A DNA stretch of 23,926 nucleotides from Candidatus Eiseniibacteriota bacterium (GCA_034440375.1 JAWXBZ010000025.1:1-23926), one strand, 5' to 3'; counted from the stretch's first letter, positions 7,138 to 17,024 are shown. Program-made: numbers and translations. The notes: a model not told the origin generated them from the sequence alone.

Positions 7138-7602
7138 CTACTCCCCCATCTCCACCTGCACCAGCTCCACACGGCTCGGCTCGAGCAGCCACGCCATCCG
7201 ATCGAGCTTGTACGGCTTTTCGAAACAGATGCGCTGGATTCCGGTGTTCAGGAGCACCTTGAGGCAGTGCATGCAGGGGCTGTGCGTGATGTAGATGTCC
7301 CCGCCGTCGATCGACACCCCATTCTTGGCTGCCTGGGCGATGGCGTTTATCTCGGCGTGGATCGTGCGGATGCAATTCTCTTCATCCACGCCGTCCGAAT
7401 TTCGACTGGTGACCACCAGGCACCCGATGTCGGTGCAATGGGGGTGTCCGGACGGCGACCCGTTGTAGCCGGTCGTCAGGATCATCCGATGGCGCACGAT
7501 GACCGCTCCAACCCTGGCCCGGGTGCAGGTGGACCGCTCCGCCACCACCCGGCAGATCTTGAGAAAATAGCGGTCCCATTCAAGGCGTTTTGTCTGCTTC
7601 AC
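7138..7602 (-). CDS. dCMP deaminase (ComEB/DCTD-like Zn-dependent deaminase)
   Basis: 'WDRYFL...VAERSTC.RARVGAVIV...TGYNG.PSG..HC', with Zn motifs HAE (TIHAEINAI) and PCxxC (SPCMHC). The likely GTG start at 7602 lies 1 nt after the tldE stop. Confidence 0.9.
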   Translation of the reverse strand: MKQTKRLEWDRYFLKICRVVAERSTCTRARVGAVIVRHRMILTTGYNGSPSGHPHCTDIGCLVVTSRNSDGVDEENCIRTIHAEINAIAQAAKNGVSIDGGDIYITHSPCMHCLKVLLNTGIQRICFEKPYKLDRMAWLLEPSRVELVQVEMGE

Positions 7603-7603
7603 A

Positions 7604-8977
7604 TCACCCCGCCTGCGTTCCCTCACCGGAAATCGTCATCTCGTCGATGAGGAGATGCGGTGAATTGGTACCTCCCTGGATATTCAGGTCGTTGCCGACC
7701 TTCACGATGCCGGCAAGCATCTGAAGGGTATTTCCGGCCACGGTGATGCCGTCGACGGCGTGGACGACCTGGCCGTTCTCGATCCACAGGCCGGCGGCCT
7801 GGTACGAATAGTCGCCGGTGGTCGGGGTGTAACCGAAGGCGCCCTGATCGCGCATGTAGAAGAGCGCGGGGTAGGCCTTCAGCATCTCCTCGATCGTTGA
7901 CGTGCCGTTCAGGATGTGGAGATTGCGGGTGCCGATGCCGGGCGTCGTGTCGTAGCCCCGCTGCGCGTTGCCGGTCGACCGCGTGCCGGCCTTCCGCGCG
8001 ATGTAGGCGTCGTACAGAAAGGTCTTGACGACCCCGGCGTCGAGAAGCACGTTGCGCTGCGTCGGCAGACCGTCGCCGTCGAACGGGGCGGTGGCCGGGC
8101 CGCGCTTCATGACGCCGTCATCGACGAGCGAGACGAGGTCCGATCCGATCTTCTGCCCCATTTTCTCGGTGAGATACGAGGCCTTCTTGAAGATCTGCTC
8201 ACCGTTGAAGGCACCCGAGAAGGCGCCGAGCCAGGCGGCGGCGATATCCGAGTGCATGAGAATCGGCACCTTGCGCGTGGAGATCGGGACCGGCCCGAGC
8301 ATGACCACCGCCGCCCTGGCGGCCTCGGTGCCAACCTTTTCCGGCGATTCCAGCTCCTTGAGAAATCGACGCGACGTACCGTAGCCGCCCGAACGCTGCT
8401 TGCCACCGGAGTCATCGCAGAGAGCCAGGGTAAAGAGGTTTGCCGATGTGGCGCGATATTGATCCAGGCGACCCGCGGAATTGGCCAGGGTGATGGTGGC
8501 CAGCGTGTCGGAAAATGTCGTGCCGTCGACCTGCGTCACCCGCTTGTCGTGATCACGCGCGGCGGCTTCGGCGTCCCGGGCCATTTTGAGTTTCCTGTCG
8601 GTGGCGAGGCCGGCCAGTTCGGAATCGAAAAGATCGAGTGAATCGGCCGCATTCGACGCACCGGAAGCTTCCGGGATGCCGGCGTGCGGATCCATCTCGC
8701 CAATCGTAGCCAGGGCCACGGCGCGATCGACCAGCATCGCGATGCTGTCCGGACGCAGGTCCGAACTGGATACGAAACCGGTGCGGCCGCCCACGAAGGC
8801 GCGCAGGCCAAGCCCCCGTCGGGTGGCCTGCTTGATCAGGTCGGTCTTGCCGTCCCGCACACGGCCGGTGAAAACGCGGCTGTATTCGACCAGGACGTCG
8901 GCCTGATCGGCGCCGGCTTTTCGGGCCATCTCGACGGTCTCGTGCGCGAGATCGCGAAGTTCCTTGTCGCTGATCAT
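7604..8977 (-). CDS. pmbA: TldE/PmbA family protein (non-catalytic partner of TldD)
   Basis: 'GADQADV', 'GLGLRAFVG.RTG', 'PFDGDGLPT', 'TGDYSYQAAGLWIENG', 'TVAGN', 'SPHLLIDEMTISG'; no HExxxH motif. ATG at 8977 overlaps the tldD TGA and has a GGAGG RBS. Confidence 0.9.
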   Translation of the reverse strand: MISDKELRDLAHETVEMARKAGADQADVLVEYSRVFTGRVRDGKTDLIKQATRRGLGLRAFVGGRTGFVSSSDLRPDSIAMLVDRAVALATIGEMDPHAGIPEASGASNAADSLDLFDSELAGLATDRKLKMARDAEAAARDHDKRVTQVDGTTFSDTLATITLANSAGRLDQYRATSANLFTLALCDDSGGKQRSGGYGTSRRFLKELESPEKVGTEAARAAVVMLGPVPISTRKVPILMHSDIAAAWLGAFSGAFNGEQIFKKASYLTEKMGQKIGSDLVSLVDDGVMKRGPATAPFDGDGLPTQRNVLLDAGVVKTFLYDAYIARKAGTRSTGNAQRGYDTTPGIGTRNLHILNGTSTIEEMLKAYPALFYMRDQGAFGYTPTTGDYSYQAAGLWIENGQVVHAVDGITVAGNTLQMLAGIVKVGNDLNIQGGTNSPHLLIDEMTISGEGTQAG

Positions 8978-10539
8978 GCCACACCTCCCACCGTGATCTC
9001 GGAGAACTTGAGGGTTGGCTGGCCGACGCCGACCGGCTTCCATTGCCCCTCCTTGCCGCAGTTCCCGGACACCCGGTCAATTTGCAGGTCGTTTCCGACC
9101 ATGACGATCTTCATCATCGCGTCGGTGGCGTTGCCGGTGAGGGTGGTGTTCGTGACGGCGCCCACGATCTCACCCTTCTCGAGCTGATATCCCTCGGTGA
9201 CGAAGAATGAAAAGTTGCCGCTGGCCGGATCGACCGAGCCGCCGCCCAGGTCCTTGCAATAGAGCCCGTTGGCGACCGACTTGATGATCTCCTCGGGTGT
9301 CGAGCTGCCGCCGGCGATGTACGTGTTGGTCATGCGCGGAATCGGGTAGTCACGGTAGGAGTTCCGGCGCCCGTTGCCACTCGAGTTGTTGCCGGTGAGC
9401 CGGGCGTTTAGAAAGTCCCAGAGGTACCCCCTCAAAATTCCCTTGTCGACCACGTGCGATTTCTGTGAGGAAGTGCCCTCATCGTCCACCTTGAACGATC
9501 CGCGGCCATTGGGCACGGTCGAGTCGTCGTAGATATCGACGATGGTGGCGGCCACCTGCTGGCCGAGCTGAGTGGCCCGAACCGAAGTCTTCTGGCGAAT
9601 GCCGTCCCCCTCAAGGCTGTGACCGAAACACTCGTGGGCCAGCACGCCCCCCCAGCCATTGCCGATGACGACTTCATACTTGCCGGCCCTGGCCGGTTTG
9701 GCGGCCAACTTGCCGACGGCGGCCGTCGCCGCGCGGACGCCGATCTGTTCCGGCGGGTTGGTCTCGAAAAAATTGGCCTCGACCTGGCCGCCGAGACGTC
9801 CCGTGCCCGACTGGCGGTTCGCACCGTCGAGCGCCTGCGCCTGGCAGGTCAGGCGGGAGAGATACTGTTCGTCCTCGGCCCAGGTGCCGAGGCTGTTGGC
9901 CACCAGGAATCGCTTGGCCTGATCCCCCCAGACGACTGTGACCTGCGAGATCTTTGCGTCGTGGCCCCGGGCCGCCCCATCAACCCGCCGGCAGAGCTCC
10001 AGCTTGGCCTGCTCGGCCAGGTTGACCGGAAGCGGTGACATCAGTGTAAACGGGGCCTTCGCCTTCGACACCTGGAACGGTTTCGGGGAACCACCCGCCC
10101 CCTTTTTGGCGATGGCGCCGGCCACGCGCGCCGCTTCGCGCAACTCGGTCATATCGTAACTGTCGGCGTAGGCATAGCCGACCTGTTCCCCGTCAATCAC
10201 GCGGATGCCGACGCCCGAAAGGATGTTGTAGTCGATCGACTTGACCTTCTTCTCGTCCAGCCGGATGCCGGTATTGATGGTGTACTCGGCGTATACCTCG
10301 GCGAACTCACCGCCGGCCGAAAGGGCCGCTTTCAGGATGTCGGCCACCTGGTCCCGGCTGAGGAATTTCGTCAGCTCCGGCAACTGGTTGCCGCCGGCCG
10401 CGCCGGATTCGCGCGCCGTCAGCGCATCCCAGGTGAGCCCGGCCGCCGCCGCGCCAACACCGGCCATGAGACTACGGCCAAGAAATTCGCGCCGCGAAAG
10501 GGGCCCGGAGGAAATGTCGAAGAGTGGGTCGGACAGCAT
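8974..10539 (-). CDS. tldD: TldD metalloprotease with an N-terminal twin-arginine signal
   Basis: Metal motif HECFGH, 'VDDEG', 'GNGRR.SY...PIPRMTNTYI', 'CGKEGQ..PVGVGQPT'. ATG at 10539 has a GGAGG RBS. N-terminus 'LSRREFLGRSLMAGVGAAAAG'. Confidence 0.93.
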   Translation of the reverse strand: MLSDPLFDISSGPLSRREFLGRSLMAGVGAAAAGLTWDALTARESGAAGGNQLPELTKFLSRDQVADILKAALSAGGEFAEVYAEYTINTGIRLDEKKVKSIDYNILSGVGIRVIDGEQVGYAYADSYDMTELREAARVAGAIAKKGAGGSPKPFQVSKAKAPFTLMSPLPVNLAEQAKLELCRRVDGAARGHDAKISQVTVVWGDQAKRFLVANSLGTWAEDEQYLSRLTCQAQALDGANRQSGTGRLGGQVEANFFETNPPEQIGVRAATAAVGKLAAKPARAGKYEVVIGNGWGGVLAHECFGHSLEGDGIRQKTSVRATQLGQQVAATIVDIYDDSTVPNGRGSFKVDDEGTSSQKSHVVDKGILRGYLWDFLNARLTGNNSSGNGRRNSYRDYPIPRMTNTYIAGGSSTPEEIIKSVANGLYCKDLGGGSVDPASGNFSFFVTEGYQLEKGEIVGAVTNTTLTGNATDAMMKIVMVGNDLQIDRVSGNCGKEGQWKPVGVGQPTLKFSEITVGGVA

Positions 10540-10689
10540 GACGCCTCCCAAGAAGCAGGTTGGATACCGGGCGTGACAGTTATTGCGGGGACCGAACGGT
10601 AGCCCGGGAAGAATAGCCGCCCCACCGCCCCCGGGCAAGGCAGTCGCCGTGCCCGTAGTGATAAAGTGCCCTTCGGATCCGCATGATTC

Positions 10690-10715
10690 TTGACAGAGTT
10701 CGATGCCGGCATCGA
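10690..10715 (+). promoter_or_regulatory. TTGACA hexamer followed by a perfect 16-bp palindrome upstream of mscL
   Basis: TTGACA at 10690-10695 and TCGATGCCGGCATCGA at 10700-10715. No convincing -10 element was found. Confidence 0.35.
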
Positions 10716-10743
10716 CATGGCCGGCGACCGATTGGAGGAGTCA

Positions 10744-11145
10744 ATGCTCAAGGAATTCAAGGAATTTGCGTTGAAAGGAAACGTGCTCGATCTCGCCATC
10801 GGCGTCATCATCGGCGGGGCCTTCGGGGCGGTGATCAGTTCGTTGGTCAACAACGTGATGATGCCCCCGATCGGGGTTCTGACGGGCGGCGTCGATTTCT
10901 CCCAGATGGGGATAACCCTGAAACCAGCCGCCGGTGACCAGCCGGCCAGCATCCTCCAGTACGGTGTCTTCATCAATTCGCTGATCACGTTTCTGATCAC
11001 CGCGTTGTCGGTCTTCCTGCTGGTTAAGAACCTCAACCGCTTCCGGAAACAGGAGGCTGCGGCCCCCGTTCCCCCGCCTTTGCCCACGGCCGACGTCAGG
11101 CTCCTGACCGAGATCCGCGACATTCTGAAGATGGGGCGTGCGTGA
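10744..11145 (+). CDS. mscL: Large-conductance mechanosensitive channel
   Basis: '[40 protein letters not shown]', '[13 protein letters not shown]', 'LLTEIRDIL'; GGAGGAG RBS before ATG 10744. Confidence 0.97.
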   Translation: MLKEFKEFALKGNVLDLAIGVIIGGAFGAVISSLVNNVMMPPIGVLTGGVDFSQMGITLKPAAGDQPASILQYGVFINSLITFLITALSVFLLVKNLNRFRKQEAAAPVPPPLPTADVRLLTEIRDILKMGRA

Positions 11146-11843
11146 TGGGCCGGTTGCGATTTCGCGGGGTGACCCTGCTCCTGGCCACGGCCTTCCTGCT
11201 TGGGGCGACACCCGACGCCCGGGCCCGGGATGGGGCGGTGCCGCCGGCCATCGGACTCCCCGGCACATCGGAATTCATCCCGTTGGCCGAAGAGGCGGAG
11301 TTGCGGGCTGAGGCGGATGCCGCCCGGGCGCTGGAACTGCAGACAAAGGATGCGCTGGTGGTGCAGCGCGACCTGGAGGGGGATGCCAAATCACGCCTCT
11401 CGGCTCGAAAGGCCATTCTGGATGCCCTGAAAAAACAGATCGACCTGGCGAGCAAGGACAAGCGGGAGGCCGACAAGAAGTCGCTGGAGGCGGAGCGGAA
11501 GAACGAAGAGGCGGCCCGAAATTTCTTCGAGCGCCTCCTGGCCCTCCGGGAGGCCGAGTCGGAGTACTTGAGCGTCATGATGGAAACTCATCGCTCCAGG
11601 GCCGTCGCCTGTGACCGGGGCCTGGAACTCGTCGCTCGCCGACAGAAGACCAGCGACACGAAATCGGTCACATCGAGCGCCCAGCTCTCGTCACTGGACA
11701 GCAACCTGGCCTCGGCCGAAAAGCAGTACCTCGAAGCCACGCGCACCTGGATGGAGCGGGCCGCGAATGCTGCCGACAAGAACAAGACGGTGGCTGAGCG
11801 GCGGTTGCAGACCTGGGAGACGTTGCGAATTGTGCGGCGGTAG
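11142..11843 (+). CDS. Hypothetical exported coiled-coil protein
   Basis: GTGA overlap with the mscL stop. Signal-like N-terminus ([18 protein letters not shown]...ARA). The remainder is A/E/K/R/L-rich, essentially Pro-free and helical in character. Confidence 0.75.
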   Translation: MMGRLRFRGVTLLLATAFLLGATPDARARDGAVPPAIGLPGTSEFIPLAEEAELRAEADAARALELQTKDALVVQRDLEGDAKSRLSARKAILDALKKQIDLASKDKREADKKSLEAERKNEEAARNFFERLLALREAESEYLSVMMETHRSRAVACDRGLELVARRQKTSDTKSVTSSAQLSSLDSNLASAEKQYLEATRTWMERAANAADKNKTVAERRLQTWETLRIVRR

Positions 11844-11875
11844 ATCCGGCGCGGGGCCGAGGTGACCCCGGTGGC

Positions 11876-12175
11876 CTACTTGCCCGGGTAGGGCAGCATG
11901 CCGCGGGTCAGGTAATCCTGAAGGATGAACGTGAAGAGGATCAGCAGCCAGACGACGCTGGCCAGGATGGTCAGCTTGGTGAGCTGTGACGAATGCCGGG
12001 CATGCATGAAGAACATGACGACCAGGGTGGCCTTCGTCACGGCGATGCCAAGCATCACCAGATTGTTCAGGATGCCCAGATCCTGGAATGCCACGTAGAC
12101 GGTGACGGCCGTCCCGACCATCAGCGCCAGGAAGATGCTGAAGTAGACGCTCTTCTTTTCGATATGTTCGGACAT
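11876..12175 (-). CDS. ctaF: Cytochrome c oxidase subunit IV (caa3-type)
   Basis: 99 aa with 3 TMs and 'IAVTKATLVVMFFMH'; GAGGA RBS; last gene of the cox cluster. Confidence 0.9.
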   Translation of the reverse strand: MSEHIEKKSVYFSIFLALMVGTAVTVYVAFQDLGILNNLVMLGIAVTKATLVVMFFMHARHSSQLTKLTILASVVWLLILFTFILQDYLTRGMLPYPGK

Positions 12176-12184
12176 GTTGTCCTC

Positions 12185-12913
12185 TTAACCGCCGTGGTAG
12201 TGGCGGCCGATGAGATAGAGCAGCGGAAACAGGAAAATCCAGACGATATCCACGAAGTGCCAGTAAAGGCCCATCGTTTCCACGCGCCCCTTGAAACGGG
12301 CCGGGAACGTTGTCCTCCGCCCCTGAATCAGGATGACCGTCAGCAGTCCAAGCCCGATGACCATGTGGATGGCATGAAGGCCGGTCATCATGAAATAGAG
12401 AGAGAAGAACTGTTCGGCGCCATGCGCCTGGCCCAGATTCGCCCACTGAAACTTCGGACCCGGCACCAGGTGGTGCGTGAACTTCTCGGAGTACTCGAAG
12501 TACTTCACGACAAGAAAGCCGGTGCCGAGGATCATCGTCATGATCAGATTCAGGAGGTAGCCACGGCGATCCTTGAGAGCCGCCTGCCGCACGGCAAAGG
12601 CCATCGTCAGCGAACTGACGATGAGTAGAATCGTGTTGAGGCCGCCCAGCGTCAGATCCAGGTGATGGCTGGCCGCCGCGAACGGCACCGGCGCCTTCAT
12701 CCGGTAAATCATGTAGGCGGTGAGGACCCCGCCGAAGAACATGATTTCCGTGGCCAGAAAGACCCACATGCCAAGCTGGGTGGCCTCGGTCTGCTGCTCC
12801 TCCGAATCAAAGTGATGGGCCAGGTGCGGGTTGTCGTGATGCCCGTCCGGGTCCGTTCCCACAGGACCGCCGTGCCCGGCGTGCGTCACCGCACCAACGG
12901 TATCAGCGGACAA
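12185..12913 (-). CDS. ctaE: Cytochrome c oxidase subunit III (short, about 5-TM form)
   Basis: '[16 protein letters not shown]', 'NTILLIVSS', '[12 protein letters not shown]', '[19 protein letters not shown]'. The start is set at TTG 12913 behind AAGGAGG, overlapping the subunit I end; the listed 13141 start is an over-extension. Confidence 0.92.
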   Translation of the reverse strand: MSADTVGAVTHAGHGGPVGTDPDGHHDNPHLAHHFDSEEQQTEATQLGMWVFLATEIMFFGGVLTAYMIYRMKAPVPFAAASHHLDLTLGGLNTILLIVSSLTMAFAVRQAALKDRRGYLLNLIMTMILGTGFLVVKYFEYSEKFTHHLVPGPKFQWANLGQAHGAEQFFSLYFMMTGLHAIHMVIGLGLLTVILIQGRRTTFPARFKGRVETMGLYWHFVDIVWIFLFPLLYLIGRHYHGG

Positions 12914-14534
12914 CGGCCACCTCCTTCTCCGGCAACGAATAATCGAAGGTGTCATCGTCCACCACCGGAGTAACGGTGAAATTCTCGGTGATCGGCGGTG
13001 AATCAATCTGCCATTCCAGGCCGCGCGCTCCGAACGGATTCTTCGGGGCATCCGGGCCGTACTTGAGCGACCAGAGCAGGTAGAAACCCGGCAGGAGATA
13101 GCCCAGCGCCAGGATCGAGGCGCCCGCCGTCGACAGGACATTCAGCACCTGGAATTCCGGCGGGTAGGCGTGATACCGACGCGGCATCCCCAGGTAGCCG
13201 AGGATGAACTGCGGGAAGAAGGTCAGGTTGAATCCGGCAAATACCAGGATGGCTGACATCCGTGCCCACGCTTCCGGGTACATCTTGCCGGAGATCTTCG
13301 GCCACCAGAAATGCAGGCCTCCCAGGTAGGACATCATCGCGCCGCCCACCATGATGTAGTGGAAATGGGCCACGATGAAATAGGTGTCATGGACGTGGAT
13401 ATCGAACCCGAGCGTTGCGAGGAAGAGCCCGGTCAGCCCGCCGATGGTGAAGAGGCCGAGGAAACCAAGGGCGTACAGCATCGGTGTCTCGAACGACACC
13501 GACCCCTTGTACATGGTCGAGGCCCAGTTGAACGTCTTGATTGCCGATGGAATCCCCACCAGGAAGGTGATGATCGAGAATGCCATCCCGGCGTAGACCG
13601 ACTGGCTGGTGGTAAACATGTGGTGGCCCCAGACCAGGAAGCCGAGAACGGCAATGGCGATCGAGGAGGCCGCCACGAAGTTGTAGCCGAAGATGTTCTT
13701 GCGGGAAAAGCAGGCGATGATCTCGGAGATCACGCCCATGCCCGGCAGGATCATGATGTAGACGGCCGGATGACTGTAGAACCAGAAAAGATGCTGGAAC
13801 AGGACCGGATCGCCGCCGAGCTTGGGATCGAAGATGCCGAGGCCAAAGGCCCGCTCGGCGCCGACAAGCAGAATGGTGATGGCGATGACCGGCGTGCCCA
13901 GGATCATGATCAGGCTGGTGGCATAGTGCGCCCATACGAACAGCGGCAGCCGGCTCCAGGTCAGGCCCGGCGCCCGCATCCGGTGAATCGTCACGATGAA
14001 GTTGAGGCCGGTCAGGATCGAACTGAATCCACTGATGAAGATGCCGAGGGCCGCGGCCATTACCTTGGTATTTGAGTAGACCGTGCTGTAGGGCGTGTAG
14101 AAGGTCCAGCCGGTGTCGACGCCGCCGGTAACGATCGCCCAGAGGGTGAAGCCACCGCCGACGACATAGATATACCAGGAGAGCAGGTTGATCCGCGGGA
14201 AGGCCAGATCCTTGGCCCCGACCATGATCGGTATCAAAAAGTTTCCCAGCACCGCCGGGATCGAGGGGATCAGGAAGAAAAAGACCATCAGGATGCCATG
14301 CATCGTGAAGACCTTGTTGTAGGTCTCGGACTGAAGCAGGTCTCCCGCCGGGGTCAGCAGCTCATAGCGGATCAGAATCGCCATGATGCCACCGAGGATG
14401 AAGAAGAACGTGATCGAGAGGAGGTAAAGCAGGGCGATCCGCTTGTGATCCTTGGTCAACAGCCACGACATCAGGCCATAACCATTGTTCAGGTAGTTTT
14501 TCTGGCCCGGAGCGGGTACGGCGTGATACGACAT
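12903..14534 (-). CDS. ctaD: Cytochrome c oxidase subunit I, heme-copper oxidase type A2
   Basis: His ligands in 'TMHG', '[10 protein letters not shown]', 'WGHHM' and 'HDTY..VAHFH'. YSHPxVY in place of GHPEVY is the established A2 signature. D-channel 'KDLAFPR' and K-channel 'PSAIK' residues are present. ATG 14534 chosen as start. Confidence 0.97.
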   Translation of the reverse strand: MSYHAVPAPGQKNYLNNGYGLMSWLLTKDHKRIALLYLLSITFFFILGGIMAILIRYELLTPAGDLLQSETYNKVFTMHGILMVFFFLIPSIPAVLGNFLIPIMVGAKDLAFPRINLLSWYIYVVGGGFTLWAIVTGGVDTGWTFYTPYSTVYSNTKVMAAALGIFISGFSSILTGLNFIVTIHRMRAPGLTWSRLPLFVWAHYATSLIMILGTPVIAITILLVGAERAFGLGIFDPKLGGDPVLFQHLFWFYSHPAVYIMILPGMGVISEIIACFSRKNIFGYNFVAASSIAIAVLGFLVWGHHMFTTSQSVYAGMAFSIITFLVGIPSAIKTFNWASTMYKGSVSFETPMLYALGFLGLFTIGGLTGLFLATLGFDIHVHDTYFIVAHFHYIMVGGAMMSYLGGLHFWWPKISGKMYPEAWARMSAILVFAGFNLTFFPQFILGYLGMPRRYHAYPPEFQVLNVLSTAGASILALGYLLPGFYLLWSLKYGPDAPKNPFGARGLEWQIDSPPITENFTVTPVVDDDTFDYSLPEKEVAVVR

Positions 14535-14536
14535 GG

Positions 14537-15538
14537 TCAATGACCCTTGCTTTCCGCTGCCGGAGCCGCCGGTGCGGCAGCCGGTGCGACGACGTTGTCC
14601 GGCGTGACGGGCAGCGCCTTGATGTAAGTGATGAGCGCCTGAAGCGCTTCCTCGGTAACCAGTCCCTGAAATACCGGCATGATCGGGTCGTAACCGGCCT
14701 TGACCCGGGCCGTCGGATTCAGAATCGACTCACGGAGATAATTGTCGTCGGCGACCGCCGAGCCCCCGCCCGCCAGTTGAACCGGCTTCCCGGCCAGCCC
14801 CGCCAGCGCCGGGCCTCGCTGGGTCGGGCCCGCCTGATGGCAGGTCACGCAGGCCAGCTCCGTGAAAAGCTTTTCTCCCTGGCTGGCCAGATCCCCCTTT
14901 GGTCCGCCGGCCAGCCACTCCTGGTAATCGGCCGGCTCCATGACGACAATCTCGCCGCGCATGCCGGAGTGCTTGGTGCCGCAGTATTCGGCGCAGAACA
15001 GGTGATATCGGCCCGGTTTGGTGGCCTCGAACCACATGGTCGTATACCGTCCGGGAACGACGTCCATCTTGACCCGGAAGGCCGGAACGTAGAACGAATG
15101 GATGACGTCCTCGGTGGCCAGCGTCAGCCGAATCGGGCGGCCCACGGGCACGTGCAGCTCATTGATCTCCCGGACCCCTTCCAGGTGCTGGGCTTTCCAC
15201 ATCCACTGCTTGCCGACGATCCAGATATCCATGGTGTTGTCGGGGGGACGGGAGAGCTCGAAGTAGACCTTGGCACCCCAGTAAAAGGTGACCAGCGACA
15301 GCAGCAGCGGAATGACTGTCCAGACGAGTTCCAGCTGGAGATTCCCGTGGATCCTGGGGGGGCGATCATCCGGCGAACGCCGACGATACTTGACGGCAAA
15401 AACAACGACCATGGCCGCCACGAGCAGCGTGAAGAATGCCGCCAGCGCCAGAAGAAAAAAGTAGAGCTCGTCGACCATGGCCGCATTGGTCGAAGCCTGC
15501 TCGGGAAACAGCGGAAGGGTCTTGTTGCTTGCGCTCAT
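14537..15538 (-). CDS. ctaC: Cytochrome c oxidase subunit II with fused cytochrome c (caa3)
   Basis: Two TMs, 'QWMW', CuA ligands 'DVIHSF...[12 protein letters not shown]', C-terminal heme motif CVTCH with distal Met in 'PIMP'. Confidence 0.96.
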   Translation of the reverse strand: MSASNKTLPLFPEQASTNAAMVDELYFFLLALAAFFTLLVAAMVVVFAVKYRRRSPDDRPPRIHGNLQLELVWTVIPLLLSLVTFYWGAKVYFELSRPPDNTMDIWIVGKQWMWKAQHLEGVREINELHVPVGRPIRLTLATEDVIHSFYVPAFRVKMDVVPGRYTTMWFEATKPGRYHLFCAEYCGTKHSGMRGEIVVMEPADYQEWLAGGPKGDLASQGEKLFTELACVTCHQAGPTQRGPALAGLAGKPVQLAGGGSAVADDNYLRESILNPTARVKAGYDPIMPVFQGLVTEEALQALITYIKALPVTPDNVVAPAAAPAAPAAESKGH

Positions 15539-16473
15539 CGTCCACCAACCGGCCGCGCCAGGAGATCCGAGGCGCGGTGCCCCCGCTCACGACGCAGCAG
15601 GATGAAAAGGAGGCCGGCCAACCCCAGGATCGTGAGGAGAGCGGCCAGCCGGAGAATGTTCATGATCGCGGCGCCGTACTGTCCGGTCGCCGGATCGTAG
15701 TGAAAGCAGAACAGGAGCACCTGGTCGACCACGTTGCCGATCTTGTTGTCGGAGGCCTCGATCAGGGCCAGCTTGAGATCGCGCGGAGCGAACTCCATGC
15801 CGAAGAGATAGCGGGAAACAAGTCCTTCCGGCGTCAGGACCATGATGGCGCTGGCGTGGGCGAACTGCTTTGTCTCATCATCCCACTCATATCGAAAGCC
15901 GACGGCGTCGGTCAGCGCTGCGATGGGCGCTCCCTTGCCGGTCAGAAAATGCCAGGTCTTCTCGATGCCGGGACGGTCGACCAGCTCCACATAGTTGGCC
16001 CGCTTGGCGGCGGCCAACGCGGTCGTCTCGGTGGAATCGAAACTGACGGTAATCATCTCAAAATCGGTGCCCGGAACCAGACCGACTCCCTTGAGACTCG
16101 ACGCCAGTCCGTTGAGGACCTGGGTGCAGAGCATCGGACAACTGTAGTACGCCAGCGACAGGATCACGGGCTTGCCCTGTGTCATGTAGTCCCGGAGGGT
16201 CACGGCGGCGCCGGTCTCGTCAGTGAACTCAAGATCAAGCGGCACCGGGTTGTTCAGACGCTGATCGATGCCAACCCCGACGAGCGCGGCCGGGCGACCA
16301 TCGTTGTAGGACGGCTCCGTATCGTCCTTCGGTGTGCCGCCACCGTGGAGCGCTCCCGAGAATCCGGGGAAGCCGGAGCGCTGCGCCATGGCTGAAGGCA
16401 GGAAAGCCAACATGGTCAACAGGAGGCCCGACAGGGCGATTGCGCCTGTGCGGCTAAAACCGTCGCGTCTCAG
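15535..16473 (-). CDS. SCO1/SenC family copper chaperone (probable CTG start at 16473)
   Basis: CxxxC (YYSCPMLC), 'WHFLTG', 'FAHAS', 'LFCFHYDP..G.Y' and a C-terminal TM. A complete signal peptide is obtained only from CTG 16473, which lies 6 nt after GGAGG. The canonical alternatives are TTG 16419 and ATG 16413. Confidence 0.9.
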   Translation of the reverse strand: MRRDGFSRTGAIALSGLLLTMLAFLPSAMAQRSGFPGFSGALHGGGTPKDDTEPSYNDGRPAALVGVGIDQRLNNPVPLDLEFTDETGAAVTLRDYMTQGKPVILSLAYYSCPMLCTQVLNGLASSLKGVGLVPGTDFEMITVSFDSTETTALAAAKRANYVELVDRPGIEKTWHFLTGKGAPIAALTDAVGFRYEWDDETKQFAHASAIMVLTPEGLVSRYLFGMEFAPRDLKLALIEASDNKIGNVVDQVLLFCFHYDPATGQYGAAIMNILRLAALLTILGLAGLLFILLRRERGHRASDLLARPVGGR

Positions 16474-17024
16474 CGGTGGCCTCCCCCATCGGTGCCATGT
16501 ACCGGTTCCGTGGTGCTTGGTGGCGGCTTCATCTGCATTCCGCCCGGGGGAGCCATGCGTCCGCCAACTTCCGACGACGGATCCAGGTCACCTGCCGGGG
16601 GCGGTGGCATCACACCGGGACGCTGCGGCAGCCCCCGCTCCAGAACGATCTCCATGGCCCGGCCGATCGGCAGCCGGACAATGAGGCTCTCCTTGTCGAC
16701 CCAGCTGTAGTGTTCCAGGAGCCGGTCCTGATTCATCTTGTAGGCGTCCCAGTCACCCCACGCGTCCGTCTGGAGCCGGGGTTCGGGTGCCTGACGCGTG
16801 GCGCCTGCCGCGATCATCGGACTTGGGCGTGCGCTCTTCCGGCTGGCATCACCGGCCAGGAACTTGAAGAGCACGACCACGATCACGAACGAGAGGGCTG
16901 AAAACAGGATGATCCCGACCAGAAAAGTGATGATCGGCTTCGGATGAACCTCGCTGACCTCGTGTCCGGCCGACAGGGACTCGCGCGAGGCCGGGGGGCC
17001 CGAATCGTGCTGGCTATCCGACAT
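16470..17024 (-). CDS. actG: Alternative complex III ActG-like single-TM subunit
   Basis: 'GHEVSEV', one TM, 'PEPRLQ.D', 'YSWVDK...VRLPI.RAME...RGLP'; located between actF and sco. ATG at 17024 follows GAGGGGAAGG. Confidence 0.7.
   Translation of the reverse strand: MSDSQHDSGPPASRESLSAGHEVSEVHPKPIITFLVGIILFSALSFVIVVVLFKFLAGDASRKSARPSPMIAAGATRQAPEPRLQTDAWGDWDAYKMNQDRLLEHYSWVDKESLIVRLPIGRAMEIVLERGLPQRPGVMPPPPAGDLDPSSEVGGRMAPPGGMQMKPPPSTTEPVHGTDGGGHR

Noticed and set aside
7138-7602. Deaminase as an anti-phage dCTP deaminase
   Set aside because: It is a single-domain ComEB-like protein of about 154 aa with no N-terminal kinase/P-loop domain and no defence-gene context.
11844-11875. Possible terminator hairpin (cgggg...ccccg) between convergent genes
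   Set aside because: Short stem and no U-tract on either strand, so it cannot be supported as an intrinsic terminator.
14540-16395. 386-aa and 319-aa + strand ORFs opposite ctaC and sco
   Set aside because: Antisense shadows of genuine genes with no protein-family features.
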